Assembly: GCA_048537945.1 (NCBI GenBank)
Contig: CM108484.1
Span: 9,123,785-9,187,784 of the forward strand
Direction of reading: 5' to 3'
DNA length: 64,000 bases
DNA from: Mnemiopsis leidyi
Taxonomy: Eukaryota
Part shown: in pieces, positions 1 to 12,674 of the stretch
How the letters are laid out: every line of letters begins with the position of its first letter
How positions within the stretch are numbered: position 1 is the stretch's first letter
The notes under the pieces: model-generated
The model's input: only the letters and a program-made list of their open reading frames with translations
Database searches by the model: none
What the model was told of the DNA's origin: nothing
Made by a program: the position numbers and the translations under genes

Positions 1-1008
1 TGACGTTGCCGTTGATTTGAGATCATCGGTTCTTAAAGCTAAGCACGCGAGTTTGATAGTTCAGATCTTGAACAAATTTCAATCTGAGAAAGGTGTTGCT
101 ATTATCAGAAACGGGTTAAGAAAAGCTGGAATAACTGAAGCGATTGAATTGGTAGAATTTCCGGAACAGTATATCTGCATCACATGGCTCATTGAATTTG
201 GTATTAAATTGTTTATCTTGACAAAGTCTCTTATAAGACGTTAATGTAAGCACATAAATGAAATTTATAGTAAATTTAAAACGTATTAACATTCAATTTG
301 ACATTCAATTCATCATCGAATATTTTGGTTATTTGTCCCATCATATCACTAACTTTTCAAGAACAAAATGAATCGATGAAGCCACAATTATTGGAATAAG
401 CTAAAAATAATGCGACGGATTCTATTACGACGACCGAAATTCTGGCGGTCCGAAAATATGGCGAAATTTCGTAAAAACCGTCGCATTTCGTACGTTATAA
501 AAATGTCTTGTAAGGTAATTTATATGGTATGATCATGAACTATATCAACATCTCCAATTTCTGGTGATCGAAACGTTAAATAAACTGGAGCAGCCTGAAA
601 CAAGCAAACGCTGTCTATTGGTAATCGGTAGAGTATGTGGATCGTGGATTCCCAAGCCTATTTAAAGATGTACTCGCGTATTCGTTTACATTGCATTTGT
701 ATTAATTAAAATGTATTTCGGGATCCTAACGAAATGAGGTACGCGGGAAACTGTACTTTACTTTTTGTTAAGTAATATTTCAGTCCGTTGAATTAAAAAT
801 TGGAAGGGGTTGGGGTAACCATCACCCTGGATTGTATCCTGCAGTTAATTATGCAATCGTCAAAAATGCTGACCCCGACTGGCTGACCCGACGCATATTT
901 TCATGGTTAATGGTCAAAAATATGACACACCTTACTGGTATAACATTAGAAATATTTCATGTCTTACTCAATGTAGTTACTAGGGCTTACTAACGTTGGT
1001 ATTTTCAG

Positions 1009-1158
1009 CTGGTAGGACGCTGCAGATCTTTAACTTGGAAATGAAAAGTAAGGTTAAAGCCCACGTTTCGAACGAAGATGTCATCTTTTGGAAGTGGATA
1101 TCTGTCAATACTATTGCCCTGATCACAGAAAATACAGTTTATCACTGGCCAATGGAAG
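1009..1158 (+). CDS. CLTC: clathrin heavy chain exon (..[49 protein letters not shown])
   Basis: acceptor ttttcag / donor gtatag; matches human CLTC residues ~85-133. Confidence 0.88.
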
Positions 1159-1265
1159 GTATAGTGACCAATTGATAAAAAAACATTTCTCTATAATTTT
1201 AAGATTTGATTATTCTATTCCTGTTAAGAAATTGGATCGAAATGGCTATTCTATTGTCTAGTAAT

Positions 1266-2352
1266 TTGTGCTAGTGTGGAGATGAACACCCCCAGTATGT
1301 GCTGGTGTGGAGATGAACACCCCCAGTATGTGCTGGTGTGGAGATAAACACCCCCAGTATGTGCTGGTGTGGAGATGAACACCCCCAGTAAGTGCTGGTG
1401 TGGAGATAAACACCCCCAGTATGTGCTGGTGTGGAGATGAACACCCCCAGTATGTGCTGGTGTGGAGATGAACACCCCCAGTATGTGCTGGTGTGGAGAT
1501 GAACACCCCCAGTATGTGCTGGTGTGGAGATGAACACCCCCAGTATGTGCTGGTGTGGAGATGAACACCCCCAGTATGTGCTGGTGTGGAGATGAACACC
1601 CCCAGTATGTGCTGGTGTGGAGATGAACACCCCCAGTATGTGCTGGTCTGGAGATGAACACCCCCAGTATGTGCTGGTCTGGAGATGAACACCCCCAGTA
1701 TGTGCTGGTGTGGAGATGACACCCCCAGTATGTGCTGGTGTGGAGATGAACACCCCCAGTATGTGCTGGTGTGGAGATGAACACCCCCAGTATGTGCTGG
1801 TGTGGAGATGAACACCCCCAGTATGTGCTGGTGTGGAGATGAACACCCCCAGTATGTGCTGGTGTGGAGATGAACACCCCCAGTATGTGCTGGTGTGGAG
1901 ATGAACACCCCCAGTATGTGCTGGTGTGGAGATGAACACCCCCAGTATGTGCTGGTGTGGAGATGAACACCCCCAGTATGTGCTGGTGTGGAGATGAACA
2001 CCCCCAGTATGTGCTGGTGTGGAGATGAACACCCCCAGTATGTGCTGGTGTGGAGATGAACACCCCCAGTATGTGCTGGTGTGGAGATGAACACCCCCAG
2101 TATGTGCTGGTGTGGAGATGAACACCCCCAGTATGTGCTGGTGTGGAGATGAACACCCCCAGTATGTGCTGGTGTGGAGATGAACACCCCCAGTATGTGC
2201 TGGTGTGGAGATGAACACCCCCAGTATGTGCTGGTGTGGAGATGAACACCCCCAGTATGTGCTGGTGTGGAGATGAACACCCCCAGTATGTGCTGGTGTG
2301 GAGATGAACACCCCCAGTATGTGCTGGTGTGGAGATGAACACCCCCAGTATA
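1266..2352. repeat. Minisatellite, 31-bp unit (gtgctggtgtggagatgaacacccccagtat), ~35 copies, in clathrin intron
   Basis: direct reading; the three long minus-strand ORFs across it are repeat artefacts. Confidence 0.95.
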
Positions 2353-3061
2353 TGTATGCGATATGCCCCTCCCACCTACAATAGTTCAGTGGTGCATGTC
2401 CTCTTGGCAACTTCCTTCTTCAGATCATCAACGTGTAAATTACAGTCAATATGAAGAAGCTCTGAGTGACTGCATTATTTTTTCGTTTTAGTGTCGTTAT
2501 TGCTTCTATATAGCGCTTGTAACAATGACCTACAAAATCGTGCTACTTAAATGTAGAAATGGCGGCGACATTTAATCAGGGCGTCGCGTGTGATTCAAAG
2601 GTAGGTCAAGTCAGTGTATAGAATTTCACCTAACATAACCTCGATACCATTTAGTTTGCAAACCGCTTTAGCCTTGAATTTACACATCATGTGGAAGCAT
2701 CTACTTGACTGTCAAAACATGTGACACTAAGCTTTGTAACATTTGATACCAATAAATACACGAAAAATGTGGAAAAGCAGCCACATTTTCTGAGAATTTT
2801 CCTTATCTTTTCCGGCCGGTGGGAGCTTGTAATCTGATATTCGATAAGAATCAGTCCCAAGCAGTTCTCTGTCGTCCTCTCATCAAGGAAAACAACATGT
2901 AGAACAGAACAGCTTATTTAAAGGAGGATGTCCTTGAAATCACTACACTTGAAATCACTTAAGATACGCCTGTAAGATTTAGAATAAGTAATTGTAATAT
3001 CTCGGTAAGATCTGTCCTACAGAATAACGATATAACCTTGCTAACATGTAACTTGTTTCAG

Positions 3062-3276
3062 GAGATGCCCTGCCACAGAAAGTATTCGACCGACACAGCA
3101 CGCTCAAAGGATGTCAGATAATCAACTATCGCACTGACGAGGCGATGAAGTGGTTGTTGCTGGTCGGCATCTCCGCTCAGCAGCAGAGGGTGGTGGGAGC
3201 CATGCAGCTCTACTCAGTCGACAGAAACGTCTCTCAGCCGATAGAGGGACATGCTGCTGCTTTCGTACCTTTCACC
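3062..3276 (+). CDS. CLTC: clathrin heavy chain exon ([72 protein letters not shown])
   Basis: AG acceptor at 3060-3061, GTATGT donor at 3277; phase links to previous exon. Confidence 0.9.
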
Positions 3277-3482
3277 GTATGTTCTATCAGTAAATTTTCA
3301 TGTTAATTATCTTTCATGAAGTTTACAAATTCTTGTTTAAGGCAACATGTGTCACATCTAAATCGTTTGAACTATCATCTTGATAATACAACTAGTGTCA
3401 GAGTGAACTTATTTCATCATTTTATTGTGTTACAATATTGTATCACGTCCATGTCACGTGTTTCGTAATGATGTAACTTCAG

Positions 3483-3563
3483 ATGGAAGGAAACAAGAGC
3501 CCGAGCAACATATTCGCCTTCTCAGTCAGGAATCAAACCGGTGGCAAACTGCACATCATTGAG
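3483..3563 (+). CDS. CLTC: clathrin heavy chain exon ([27 protein letters not shown])
   Basis: cttcAG acceptor, GTCAGT donor; 27 codons. Confidence 0.9.
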
Positions 3564-3921
3564 GTCAGTTTACTTCCTACAGTATCGGTTTCATCAATTT
3601 AGGATATTTCTACTGTACACACAGTGACAGTGTGTACTGTTGTACACACGGTGCCATCTTTACTTGAGTTTAATGTGACCATCTGGTAAATACCGACACA
3701 AATATAGCACAACGCAAAGATCACAAGATTAATGAGATAAGTTTATCACTGAAAGTTATTCGTGATAGTCTATACACAGATTTTAACATCCAGAGTTAAA
3801 ACATGATGATGCGTGCTTCGCATTTGTCTCATCGAGAATCTTAATGCTCACGCTAAAACATGTGACTTGTGTCATGTACTTCTTGCATGAATCAGTAAGC
3901 TTTAATTTTTTTTTCAATCAG

Positions 3922-4020
3922 GTCGGTGCCCCAGCTGAAGGAAATAGCAACTTTGCCAAGAAAACAGTAGATGTTTTCTTCCCAGCTGAAGCTCCCAACG
4001 ATTTCCCAGTCGCGATGCAG
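3922..4020 (+). CDS. CLTC: clathrin heavy chain exon ([33 protein letters not shown])
   Basis: polyT tract + CAG acceptor, GTATGA donor. Confidence 0.9.
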
Positions 4021-4230
4021 GTATGATCTTGAAGAAACACGGCCCTCAATAATCGAATGCGCATATTATTCCAAGTTTGGTCATCATTCGAGTCATATCA
4101 GGAACTGATCGGTATGTAGCTGTGTTGGTTACAGAGACTACAACATACCTTGTAGACTTAGCATGTCATTTATCTAGACACACCTATTGCTCTATAAAAA
4201 ATTTCGCTAACAAGAATCCCTGGAATTCAG

Positions 4231-4404
4231 GCGAGCAAAGAACACGGTTTGTTGTACATGATAACAAAGTACGGGTACATCCACTTGTACGACATAGAAT
4301 CCGGCACCTGTATCTACATGAACCGTATCTCCGGGGACACCATCTTTGTGACAGCACCTCACGAAGCTAGTAATGGGATTGTGGGAGTTAACCGAAAGGG
4401 CCAG
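4231..4404 (+). CDS. CLTC: clathrin heavy chain exon ([58 protein letters not shown])
   Basis: CAG acceptor 4228-4230, GTATGT donor; exact acceptor could be a nearby alternative AG. Confidence 0.85.
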
Positions 4405-4884
4405 GTATGTACGTGGCAGGATGACATAATTTGTAGGCTAGCTTGGGTTGATAAACTTTTACATTTTATTAGCTGAGCCGCGCGGCGCAATAAAGCAAAT
4501 AGTGTCAGCAAGAGACGCGTCATACGCATACAAAGCACAATTTTCAAAGCAGCGTGTTATACGCCAACTGGCCACGTACAAACTTCTTGGATATTGTGGA
4601 AATCAGGTACCTGGATTTCCGTGAACGTTTTAATTTGGTTTGTCCTATGAAATTTTGTAACGAAGAGTGCTAAAAAGTAAAAATAATTCCAACCAACTGG
4701 ATTATTTTAAAATCTGCTCAGGACAAATATTTTGGTCGTCTGTAATAGAACAAGGCCTACGTGCCCCTACAAAGTTGGCTGTCCGCTGTAAACGTTCAAC
4801 GACTTGACTAATTTGTAGCAAATAACTAATTATCTGGTGTCCACCCTATGGAAAGTTCATATTACAACATTTATTCCTTCTTAG

Positions 4885-5082
4885 GTCCTATCGGTGAGTA
4901 TCGACGAGGATACCATAGTTTCGTACATAACCAACCAACTGAAGAACCCGGAACTTGCTCTGAAGATATCAGTACGCTGTAACCTGGCTGGAGCTGAAGA
5001 ATTGTTTGTTAGGAGGTTCAACATGTTGTTCGGACAAGGACAGTACTCTGAAGCAGCTAAAGTTGCTGCCAGCGCCCCCAAG
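4885..5082 (+). CDS. CLTC: clathrin heavy chain exon ([66 protein letters not shown])
   Basis: tccttcttAG acceptor, GTAACG donor. Confidence 0.9.
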
Positions 5083-5264
5083 GTAACGAATAACTCGGCA
5101 CTTATAGGGTTTCGCGGATATTTACAACTAATGACAGGGCCTTCGTTACAAGCCCAATATGGTACTGTGTATATTTTACAAATCTCTACACACAACTGTC
5201 ATCTAATGACATAGCACACACACAAATGTTGGCTGTATGGTAACTAAATCTTTCTATATTTCAG

Positions 5265-5465
5265 GGTATACTGCGTACTCCTCAAACAATACAACGATTC
5301 CAACAATGTCCAGCACAGCCCGGACAAGCCTCTCCTCTACTCCAATATTTCTCCATCCTCTTGGAAACTAGCCAACTCAACAAGGCCGAGTCTCTTGAAC
5401 TTGCTAGACCTGTACTTCAACAAGGACGCAATCAGCTACTTGAAAAGTGGCTTGTAGAAGGAAAG
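5265..5465 (+). CDS. CLTC: clathrin heavy chain exon ([67 protein letters not shown])
   Basis: tttcAG acceptor, GTGAGT donor. Confidence 0.9.
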
Positions 5466-5673
5466 GTGAGTGTTAAATTGGTTTATCTTTTCAGTGCACT
5501 GACCGTGGTACTGGGTGTCCTGCCGTGTAAATACCTTTCAGCACTCTTTAAACTCTCTAGGGATTTGCTGAATACTAAATTTTCGCGGCAATGTGCTAAT
5601 GTACCAAAATTGTTAATTCACTTAACTAAACAATTAGCTTAAAATTTGCTGCTCTAAGTAATGACGTCTTCAG

Positions 5674-5766
5674 TTGGAGTGTAGTGAAGAGCTTGGAGAC
5701 CTCATCAAGGCTCACGACTCTACTCTCGCTTTGTCGGTTTATCTCAGGGCCAACATTCCTCAAAAG
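5674..5766 (+). CDS. CLTC: clathrin heavy chain exon ([31 protein letters not shown])
   Basis: cttCAG acceptor, GTATGT donor. Confidence 0.9.
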
Positions 5767-6407
5767 GTATGTGGTAAAAGTAAGGTATGCTGATTACTTT
5801 CGTTTCAATTAGTAAGATTGGTTCGCTTTCTGCGAGCCTAATCTCCTGATGAGATATTTTGGAGCCTTTATAAAGAGTTTTGTGGATTTCTCCATGCTAT
5901 TTGTTAGTTTTAATAGGTCTGCCAAGTGTTCTGCAATTGAAAACTGGATGCCACGACTGAAAAGAATTCGAAAAGGATCATGATTTGGACTCATTGAGAC
6001 ATTGCAATTTATCAGTTTGAAAATGCAGTAACGATCTAAACTATGAAATGATTTATTGTATCTAACCGGAACTACGTTTATGTTAACACTAAAATTTTTC
6101 TAGAGCTTTTCAGTTAGTTTGAATTGTTGATAGAATATGGGTACATATTATGTTTAATCATAGTATGTTTATGAAGTTTGTTTTTTAGCTTATTTAAGCG
6201 GTGATAAGATTTCAAATCAAATTTTTGAGTGCCAAACTTTATGAGATATGTTTGTGTACTTTTACATATCAAAGATATTCAAGATACAGAAAATCATGGA
6301 TTTTGTTAAGCATCATTGACTTAAATTGCACGCTACTTCAAAGTAAAGCCTACTTTAAACAACAGTCTCGAGTGCACGTCCAGCATTTAAACATTCACAT
6401 TATACAG

Positions 6408-6590
6408 GTCATCATCTGCTTTGCCGAGACAAACCAGTTCCAGAAGATCGTTCTGTATGCCAAGAAGGTCAGCTACACCCCCGACTATATCTTCCTGCTG
6501 CGAAACGTGATGCGCGGGAACGTTGAGAACGGAGCATCCTTTGCTGGCATGCTTGTACAGGATGATCCCCCTCTCGCTGACATCGAAAGT
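6408..6590 (+). CDS. CLTC: clathrin heavy chain exon ([61 protein letters not shown])
   Basis: tatacAG acceptor, GTAAGT donor. Confidence 0.9.
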
Positions 6591-6718
6591 GTAAGTGGAA
6601 TATCTTTATCCTTCATTTTGTTTAATGTTGGGTTTCACGAAGATAATGGCGCCCCATTTTTACATGACGTCCCATTTTAAGGAATTTACGAACTACCTCT
6701 ATTCATACATTTTTTCAG

Positions 6719-6856
6719 ATCACAAATGTGTTCATGGAACAGAATTTAATTCCTCAATGTACATCATTCTTGCTCGATGCTCTCAAGCACAACAAGCCCG
6801 AGGAAGGACATCTCCAAACCAGACTACTGGAAATGAACCTGATGAGTGCTCCCCAG
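6719..6856 (+). CDS. CLTC: clathrin heavy chain exon ([46 protein letters not shown])
   Basis: ttttttCAG acceptor, GTTAGC donor. Confidence 0.9.
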
Positions 6857-6966
6857 GTTAGCTTGCGTCTTCTCAAGATGATCTTAATCAGTTCATTAAG
6901 GTATTTTAAACATTCTGAAAGTTAAAGTCTTATCCTAATCGTCTCCTGACTTTTATTTTCTCTCAG

Positions 6967-7523
6967 GTTGCCGATGCTATCTTGGGCAACCAAATGTTCA
7001 CCCACTACGACCGAGCGCACATTGCTCAGCTGTGCGAACAAGCGCAGCTCCTGCAGCGTGCTCTGGAGCACTACACCGACATTTTCGACATCAAGCGTGC
7101 CATCGTGCACACCCACCTCCTTAAACCCGAGTGGCTGGTCGAGTACTTCGGTTCTCTGAGTGTGGACGACAGTCTGGAGTGCCTGAAAGCTATGTTAACC
7201 GCTAATCTCCGTCAAAACTTGCAAATCTGCGTCCAAGTTGCCGGGAAATACCATGAGCAACTCGGCACTACCAAGCTTATCGAGCTGTTCGAAAGTTTCA
7301 AGAGTTTCGAGGGACTGTTTTACTTCTTGGGTAGCATCGTGAACTTCAGCCAGGAAGCGGAGGTACACTTTCGGTACATCCAGGCTGCCTGCAAGACCGG
7401 TCAGATAAAGGAGGTGGAGAGGATCTGCCGAGAGAGCAGCTGCTACGATCCCGAGAGGGTGAAAAACTTCCTGAAGGAGGCAAAACTAGCGGACCAGCTC
7501 CCTCTCATCATCGTTTGTGACAG
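6967..7523 (+). CDS. CLTC: clathrin heavy chain exon ([185 protein letters not shown]-)
   Basis: ttctctCAG acceptor, GTACAG donor; ends in phase 2. Confidence 0.9.
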
Positions 7524-7647
7524 GTACAGTCATGTGATATCTATTCAGTAGTCAATGACTCGACAGTTAAGAGATATTTCGGTTTGGCAATTTTTACTGA
7601 TTAATTTAACTCCAAAGTTCCCTGTGCTGAAAATACTTTTACTTCAG

Positions 7648-7726
7648 GTTTAACTTCGTCCACGATCTAGTTATGTATCTGTACAAGAACAATCTCCAGA
7701 AATACATTGAGATCTACGTTCAGAAG
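7648..7726 (+). CDS. CLTC: clathrin heavy chain exon ([27 protein letters not shown])
   Basis: acttCAG acceptor, GTTAAC donor; completes the split Arg codon. Confidence 0.88.
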
Positions 7727-7801
7727 GTTAACAGATTCAATAAGGGTCATTTTGAAATTGCTTTTATTTGAGCTTCATTATTTTGTCCCAGCTTCAATAA
7801 G

Positions 7802-7897
7802 CTTTATCCCATCTATTTAACTTTATCCCAACTATTTAACTTTATCCCATCTATTTAACTTTATCCCATCTATTTAACTTTATCCCAACTATTTAAC
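7802..7897. repeat. 19-bp tandem repeat (ctttatccca[tc]ctatttaa) x5 in clathrin intron
   Basis: direct reading. Confidence 0.9.
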
Positions 7898-7946
7898 TGA
7901 CTAACAATCTGTATTCTGAAATTTTGAAGTTGTATCTCCAATTTAG

Positions 7947-8324
7947 GTAAACCCGTCCCGTTTGCCTGCCGTGGTAGGAGGACTGCTGGATGTTGACTGT
8001 TCTGAGGACATAGTCAAGAATCTCATCCTGACAGTACGAGGACAATTCTCAACAGACGAGCTCGTTGAGGAGGTGGAGAAGAGAAACAGACTGAAACTTC
8101 TCATGCCCTGGTTGGAAGGTCGTGTACACGAGGGGGTTAACGAGCCGGCCACACACAACGCTCTGGCTAAAATCTACATCGACAGTAACAACAACCCTGA
8201 GCGGTTCCTGAGAGAGAACCAGTTCTACGACAGCGAGGTTATTGGCAAGTACTGTGAAAAGAGAGACCCTCATCTGGCTTGTGTTTCGTACGAGAGAGGC
8301 GGCTGCGACATGGAACTCATCAGG
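7947..8324 (+). CDS. CLTC: clathrin heavy chain exon ([126 protein letters not shown])
   Basis: atttAG acceptor, GTATGC donor; 126 codons. Confidence 0.9.
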
Positions 8325-8521
8325 GTATGCAAATATTTTCCTAAATTTACCTTTTTCTAAACGGAATTTAAATAGATAGCTGATACCCTCGTATTGAATG
8401 TTTCTAAAATCTTAATTATTAATGGAACAGTAAAGAACAGTAATTATACACACGCCAGATATTTTTCTCTAGATAATTGTCACAAATGAAAATGAAGATA
8501 CTTGATATTGCTGTGTTTCAG

Positions 8522-8644
8522 GTGTGTAACGCAAACTCGCTGTTCAAATACGCTGCTAGACACTTGGTGAGGAAAAGAGACCAGGCTTTGTGGGAACATG
8601 TCTTGAATCCTGAGAACACTTTCAGACGTCCTCTTATCGATCAG
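8522..8644 (+). CDS. CLTC: clathrin heavy chain exon (VCNANSLFKYAARHLVRKRDQALWEHVLNPENTFRRPLIDQ)
   Basis: tgtgtttCAG acceptor, GTGGGC donor. Confidence 0.9.
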
Positions 8645-8789
8645 GTGGGCTTAATTGTGATGATGTCACATCTCTTAAAATGCTGACCGGATTTATTTAG
8701 ACCATAAATAGGTCTATAAGATTTCAAACGGTATTTAGCTAGAAGCTTAACACTTATCGATAAAAGATTATGAAAGAAATGATGTTCAG

Positions 8790-9119
8790 GTTGTACAAAC
8801 TGCTCTCAGCGAGACTCAAGATGCTGACGATGTCTCTACCACTGTCCGTGCCTTTATGGCTGCCGACTTGCCCAACGAACTCATAGAACTTCTTGAGAAG
8901 ATTGTTCTGGAAAATTCCGTCTTCAGCGACCACAGAAACCTGCAGAACCTATTGATATTGACAGCCGTGAAGGCAGATCCAACCCGTGTCATGGAATACA
9001 TTACCAGACTGGATAACTATGATGCTCCTGACATCGCCAACATCGCCATCACCAACCAGTTGTTTGAAGAAGCTTTCGCTATCTTCAAGAAGTTCGACGT
9101 TAACACATCCGCTGTCCAA
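8790..9119 (+). CDS. CLTC: clathrin heavy chain exon ([110 protein letters not shown])
   Basis: gatgttCAG acceptor, GTACGC donor. Confidence 0.9.
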
Positions 9120-9268
9120 GTACGCACATTTAATAATAATTCGTTCTTTTATGATAAAAAAGAAACAACCGAATATTAACCTGTGATTCTGTCAAGTGCC
9201 AGCTGTTCCTAAATTTACTGCGCATGCTTGCAGCTGTATTTTACATCACAACTACATTCCATCCTCAG

Positions 9269-9461
9269 GTCCTGATTGAGCACGTCAAAAATCTGGACCG
9301 AGCATACGAGTTTGCAGAGAGGTGCAACGACCCAACTGTGTGGTCTGAACTGGCCCGTGCTCAACTAAACTCTGGAGCGGTTAAAGATGCTATCGACTCC
9401 TTCATCAAGGCTGATGATCCTTCAGCTTATTTGGATGTCATCGAAGCCGCTAGAGCAAATG
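9269..9461 (+). CDS. CLTC: clathrin heavy chain exon ([64 protein letters not shown]-)
   Basis: catcctCAG acceptor, GTTCGT donor; ends in phase 1. Confidence 0.9.
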
Positions 9462-9591
9462 GTTCGTCTTGTTTTTTTTTCTTCGTCAGATATTTTCGTA
9501 TTTGATTAAAAGTTATTGCAGCGTCTTCACTTATATCTGCTTAGTGTTCATGATACGCATTTATTCTCCGCCTTATCTCAATTTCGACCAG

Positions 9592-9914
9592 ATGGATACG
9601 AAGACATGGTACGGTACCTGCAAATGGCACGCAAGAAAGCACGTGAAGCCATCATCGAGACAGAGCTTGTCTTCGCGTACGCCAAAGTAAACCGTCTGGC
9701 AGATTTGGAGGAGTTCATATCGTCTCCAAATATCGCTCAGATCCAGCAAGTGGGAGACAGATGCTACGATGAGGGACTGTACGAGCCAGCCAGGATCTTG
9801 TATAACAACGTCAGCAACTACGCGCGTCTGGCTTCTACTCTCGTCCATCTCGGGGAGTACCAGGCTGCTGTTGATGGTGCGCGCAAAGCTAACAGCACTA
9901 AAACTTGGAAGGAG
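9592..9914 (+). CDS. CLTC: clathrin heavy chain exon ([108 protein letters not shown])
   Basis: tttcgacCAG acceptor, GTAGGG donor. Confidence 0.9.
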
Positions 9915-10040
9915 GTAGGGATGCAATATAATATTGTAGAATTAAATCCGAGTGCTTCAAATTGCTAAACATGTCTATTACCCTAACTCCAGTTGAAATT
10001 ACAATTTTACTGACTGTGTGTAACATTCCTGTCTACTCAG

Positions 10041-10316
10041 GTCTGTTTCGCCTGTGTTGAAGCCGGAGAGTTCAGGATGGCACAGATGTGTGGTCTCCAC
10101 ATCGTGGTCCACGCTGACGAACTAGAGGAGCTGATTAACTTCTACCAGAGCCGCGGCTTCTTCCAGGAACTGATCCAGCTGCTGGAGGCAGCTCTCGGAC
10201 TGGAGCGAGCTCATATGGGCATGTTCACAGAGCTAGCTATCTTGTACTCTAAGTACAACACACCCAAGATGAGGGAACATCTCGAGCTCTTCTGGTCACG
10301 TGTCAACATACCTAAG
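10041..10316 (+). CDS. CLTC: clathrin heavy chain exon ([92 protein letters not shown])
   Basis: gtctactCAG acceptor, GTAATC donor. Confidence 0.9.
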
Positions 10317-10489
10317 GTAATCTCCTTATTATCCAAGTTTTTTCCTCTTGTAATTTCTTGATTTTATGTTTTCATAATTGATTGAGATAGTTTTGTGAAC
10401 AGGCTTTACAAAAGATAATATGAATCGGGATTCTAACCGTTAGCCGGTCCTATAAAGAAATCACTGGTCTGATAATTTGAGTTTCGCAG

Positions 10490-10667
10490 GTGCTGCGAGC
10501 AGCGGAACAAGCCCACCTTTGGCCGGAGCTAGTTTTCCTGTACGACAAGTATGAGGAGTACGACAACGCTATACAGACCATGATGGGTCATCCAACTCAG
10601 TGCTGGAAGGAGGCCATGTTCAAAGACATCATCACCAAAGTTGCCAACATTGAGCTCTATTACAAAG
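10490..10667 (+). CDS. CLTC: clathrin heavy chain exon ([59 protein letters not shown]-)
   Basis: gtttcgCAG acceptor, GTTACA donor; ends in phase 1. Confidence 0.9.
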
Positions 10668-10771
10668 GTTACACCACATTTTTTCCTTAAACAAGATTTT
10701 ATCAATGTAAAGCAGCTTGCACTCTTATCTGGAAACCGGATAGCGAGGACTTACAGAGTGTCGCATTTCAG

Positions 10772-10875
10772 CGTTATCGCACTATCTGGAGTACAAGCCA
10801 ATGTTACTTAACGACCTCCTATTGGTCCTCACTCCCCGTCTGGACCACACACGTGCTGTCGGATACTTCCAGAAG
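10772..10875 (+). CDS. CLTC: clathrin heavy chain exon ([35 protein letters not shown])
   Basis: gcatttCAG acceptor, GTTAGT donor. Confidence 0.9.
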
Positions 10876-11285
10876 GTTAGTCACGTGACTTCCTGTGTAG
10901 TGCTTCTGGCCTGGAATTTTATCTTGATTCTTGTGAATAGGTTGAATGCCTTGGAAACGGAGGCGATTCTAACCGTCGCGTGAACAACATAGGACGTTTT
11001 ACAGGACCTATTGCGCACCGACAGGACCCATTCCGCGATTTAGGCACACTTTTTATATGCCGGCGCGCTATCGGTCCGAATTAAACGTCAGCTATGTTGT
11101 TCACAATAATGGTTAAATTGTTACACACGGAGCTCAAGTATGAACGTCCACTTTTGAAAATGTTGGACGACGGAAGATGATTTGGAGATTTGATTTGAAG
11201 GAAAGGTACAATAATTATTAAGCTGACATAATTATTGAGTCCTGACATTACACAAACTTTACCCATCTAACCGACACACAACCAG

Positions 11286-11789
11286 GTCGGTCAACTGTCT
11301 CTGGTCTTGCCGTACGTGAAGAGTGTCCAGTCCCACAACAACAAGGTTATAAACGAGTCTCTGAACAACAGCTACATCGAGAACGAAGATTACGACAGTC
11401 TGCGGGAGTCCATCGACAGTTTCAACAACTTCGACAACATCGCCCTGGCTCAGCGCCTGGAGAAACACGAGCTGATAGAGTTCCGCCGTATCGCCGCCTA
11501 TCTCTTCAAGATGAACAACAGGTGGAAGCAGGCGGTGGAGCTGTGCAAAAAAGACAAGCTGTACAAGGACGCCATGGAATACGCTGCCGAGTCCCGCAAC
11601 ACCGAGATCTCGGAGGATCTGATGGGCTGGTTCCTGGAGAACGAGAACTACGAGAGTTTCGCTGCCGGAACTTTCGTTATGTACGATATGTTGCGACCTG
11701 ATGTCATCTTGGAGCTCGGCTGGAGACACAACATCATGGACTTTGCCATGCCATACCTTATCCAGTGTGTACGAGAATACACTCTTAAG
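11286..11789 (+). CDS. CLTC: clathrin heavy chain exon ([168 protein letters not shown])
   Basis: cacaacCAG acceptor, GTATGT donor; 168 codons. Confidence 0.9.
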
Positions 11790-12598
11790 GTATGTGTCTA
11801 TTCGAGTAATTTAATTGTTTTCTTTTCGTTTAGCTGAGCTAGCTGAGATTTTGTACAACTAAATAAAATATTCAGAACTAGGTTAGGGTAAAGGTGTGCT
11901 AACTGAACTATAGAAATAGAAAGTTGGTTTAAAATAGAAAATTGGTAATTAGAACTTTTATTCTGTAACCGTCATATTGTTCTACCTTATGCAGAAGGAC
12001 ATTACTTTCACAAGTCACTCATGTTATAAGGCTTCCTATTTCTTGATTTCGGCACCATACTTGATCTTCGACTTTCGCAAACACGTCACAGTTTCGCCTA
12101 CACAATACACATGTCTTATCACTCTTAAACATTACCTATTGTTCAAGGTAGATGGCGTTGTACGTAGTGCGCGATCACAAGGCTCATACTTAGGGGCAAG
12201 TTGTTTTTATCATGTGACTGAGCGTGAACTCGACGATTTTTCGCCTTTTTTCTTATCTGATTTGAAAATTGTGCCATTCTTTCTCTTCTGAAGTTTGCCA
12301 CTGCTGTTTTATGGTAAGGTTGACATATTTGGGTCTAACTTAAATTGGAAAGGCTGACGGCCTATTGAGTTAGTTAATAAAAAAGAAAATATCTGTACAA
12401 TGCGGGAAACTTTTTGTTTGATTGGATAAATTTGAGCACAAAACTTTGTGATTAGCCTTATTTGGTCACGTTCTAACGTACAACGTCATACTCATGGCCC
12501 ACGGGAAGCAATTAGCAAAGATTTAACCTGAATAGATTCATTAAAACAATCCTCACTGATACCAGCTCCATCTTGTGAATAACTCGGTGTAATTTCAG

Positions 12599-12674
12599 GT
12601 CGATAAGTTGGAGGTGTCTGACGAGACGCGAACAAAGGAAGCAGAAACAAACAACCAGCAGCCTCTTGTTCTCG
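12599..12674 (+). CDS. CLTC: clathrin heavy chain exon (VDKLEVSDETRTKEAETNNQQPLVL-)
   Basis: aatttCAG acceptor, GTTAGT donor. Confidence 0.85.

Noticed and set aside
17-244. ORF 75 aa upstream of the first clathrin exon, vaguely clathrin-N-terminus-like (..EFPEQYICITW vs ..ESDKFICIRE)
   Set aside because: Similarity too weak for a protein otherwise >80% conserved; no splice link to the 1009 exon in phase; probably non-coding or an unrelated upstream terminal exon.
1251-2410. Three long minus-strand ORFs (340-379 aa) with repetitive HTGGVHLHTSTYWGCSSPHQHILGVFISTPA translation
   Set aside because: Pure translation of the 31-bp tandem repeat inside a clathrin intron; no start context and no complexity.
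6201-6680. 159-aa plus-strand ORF
   Set aside because: Spans clathrin intron plus the exon at 6408-6590 read partly out of context; only the exon portion is real coding.
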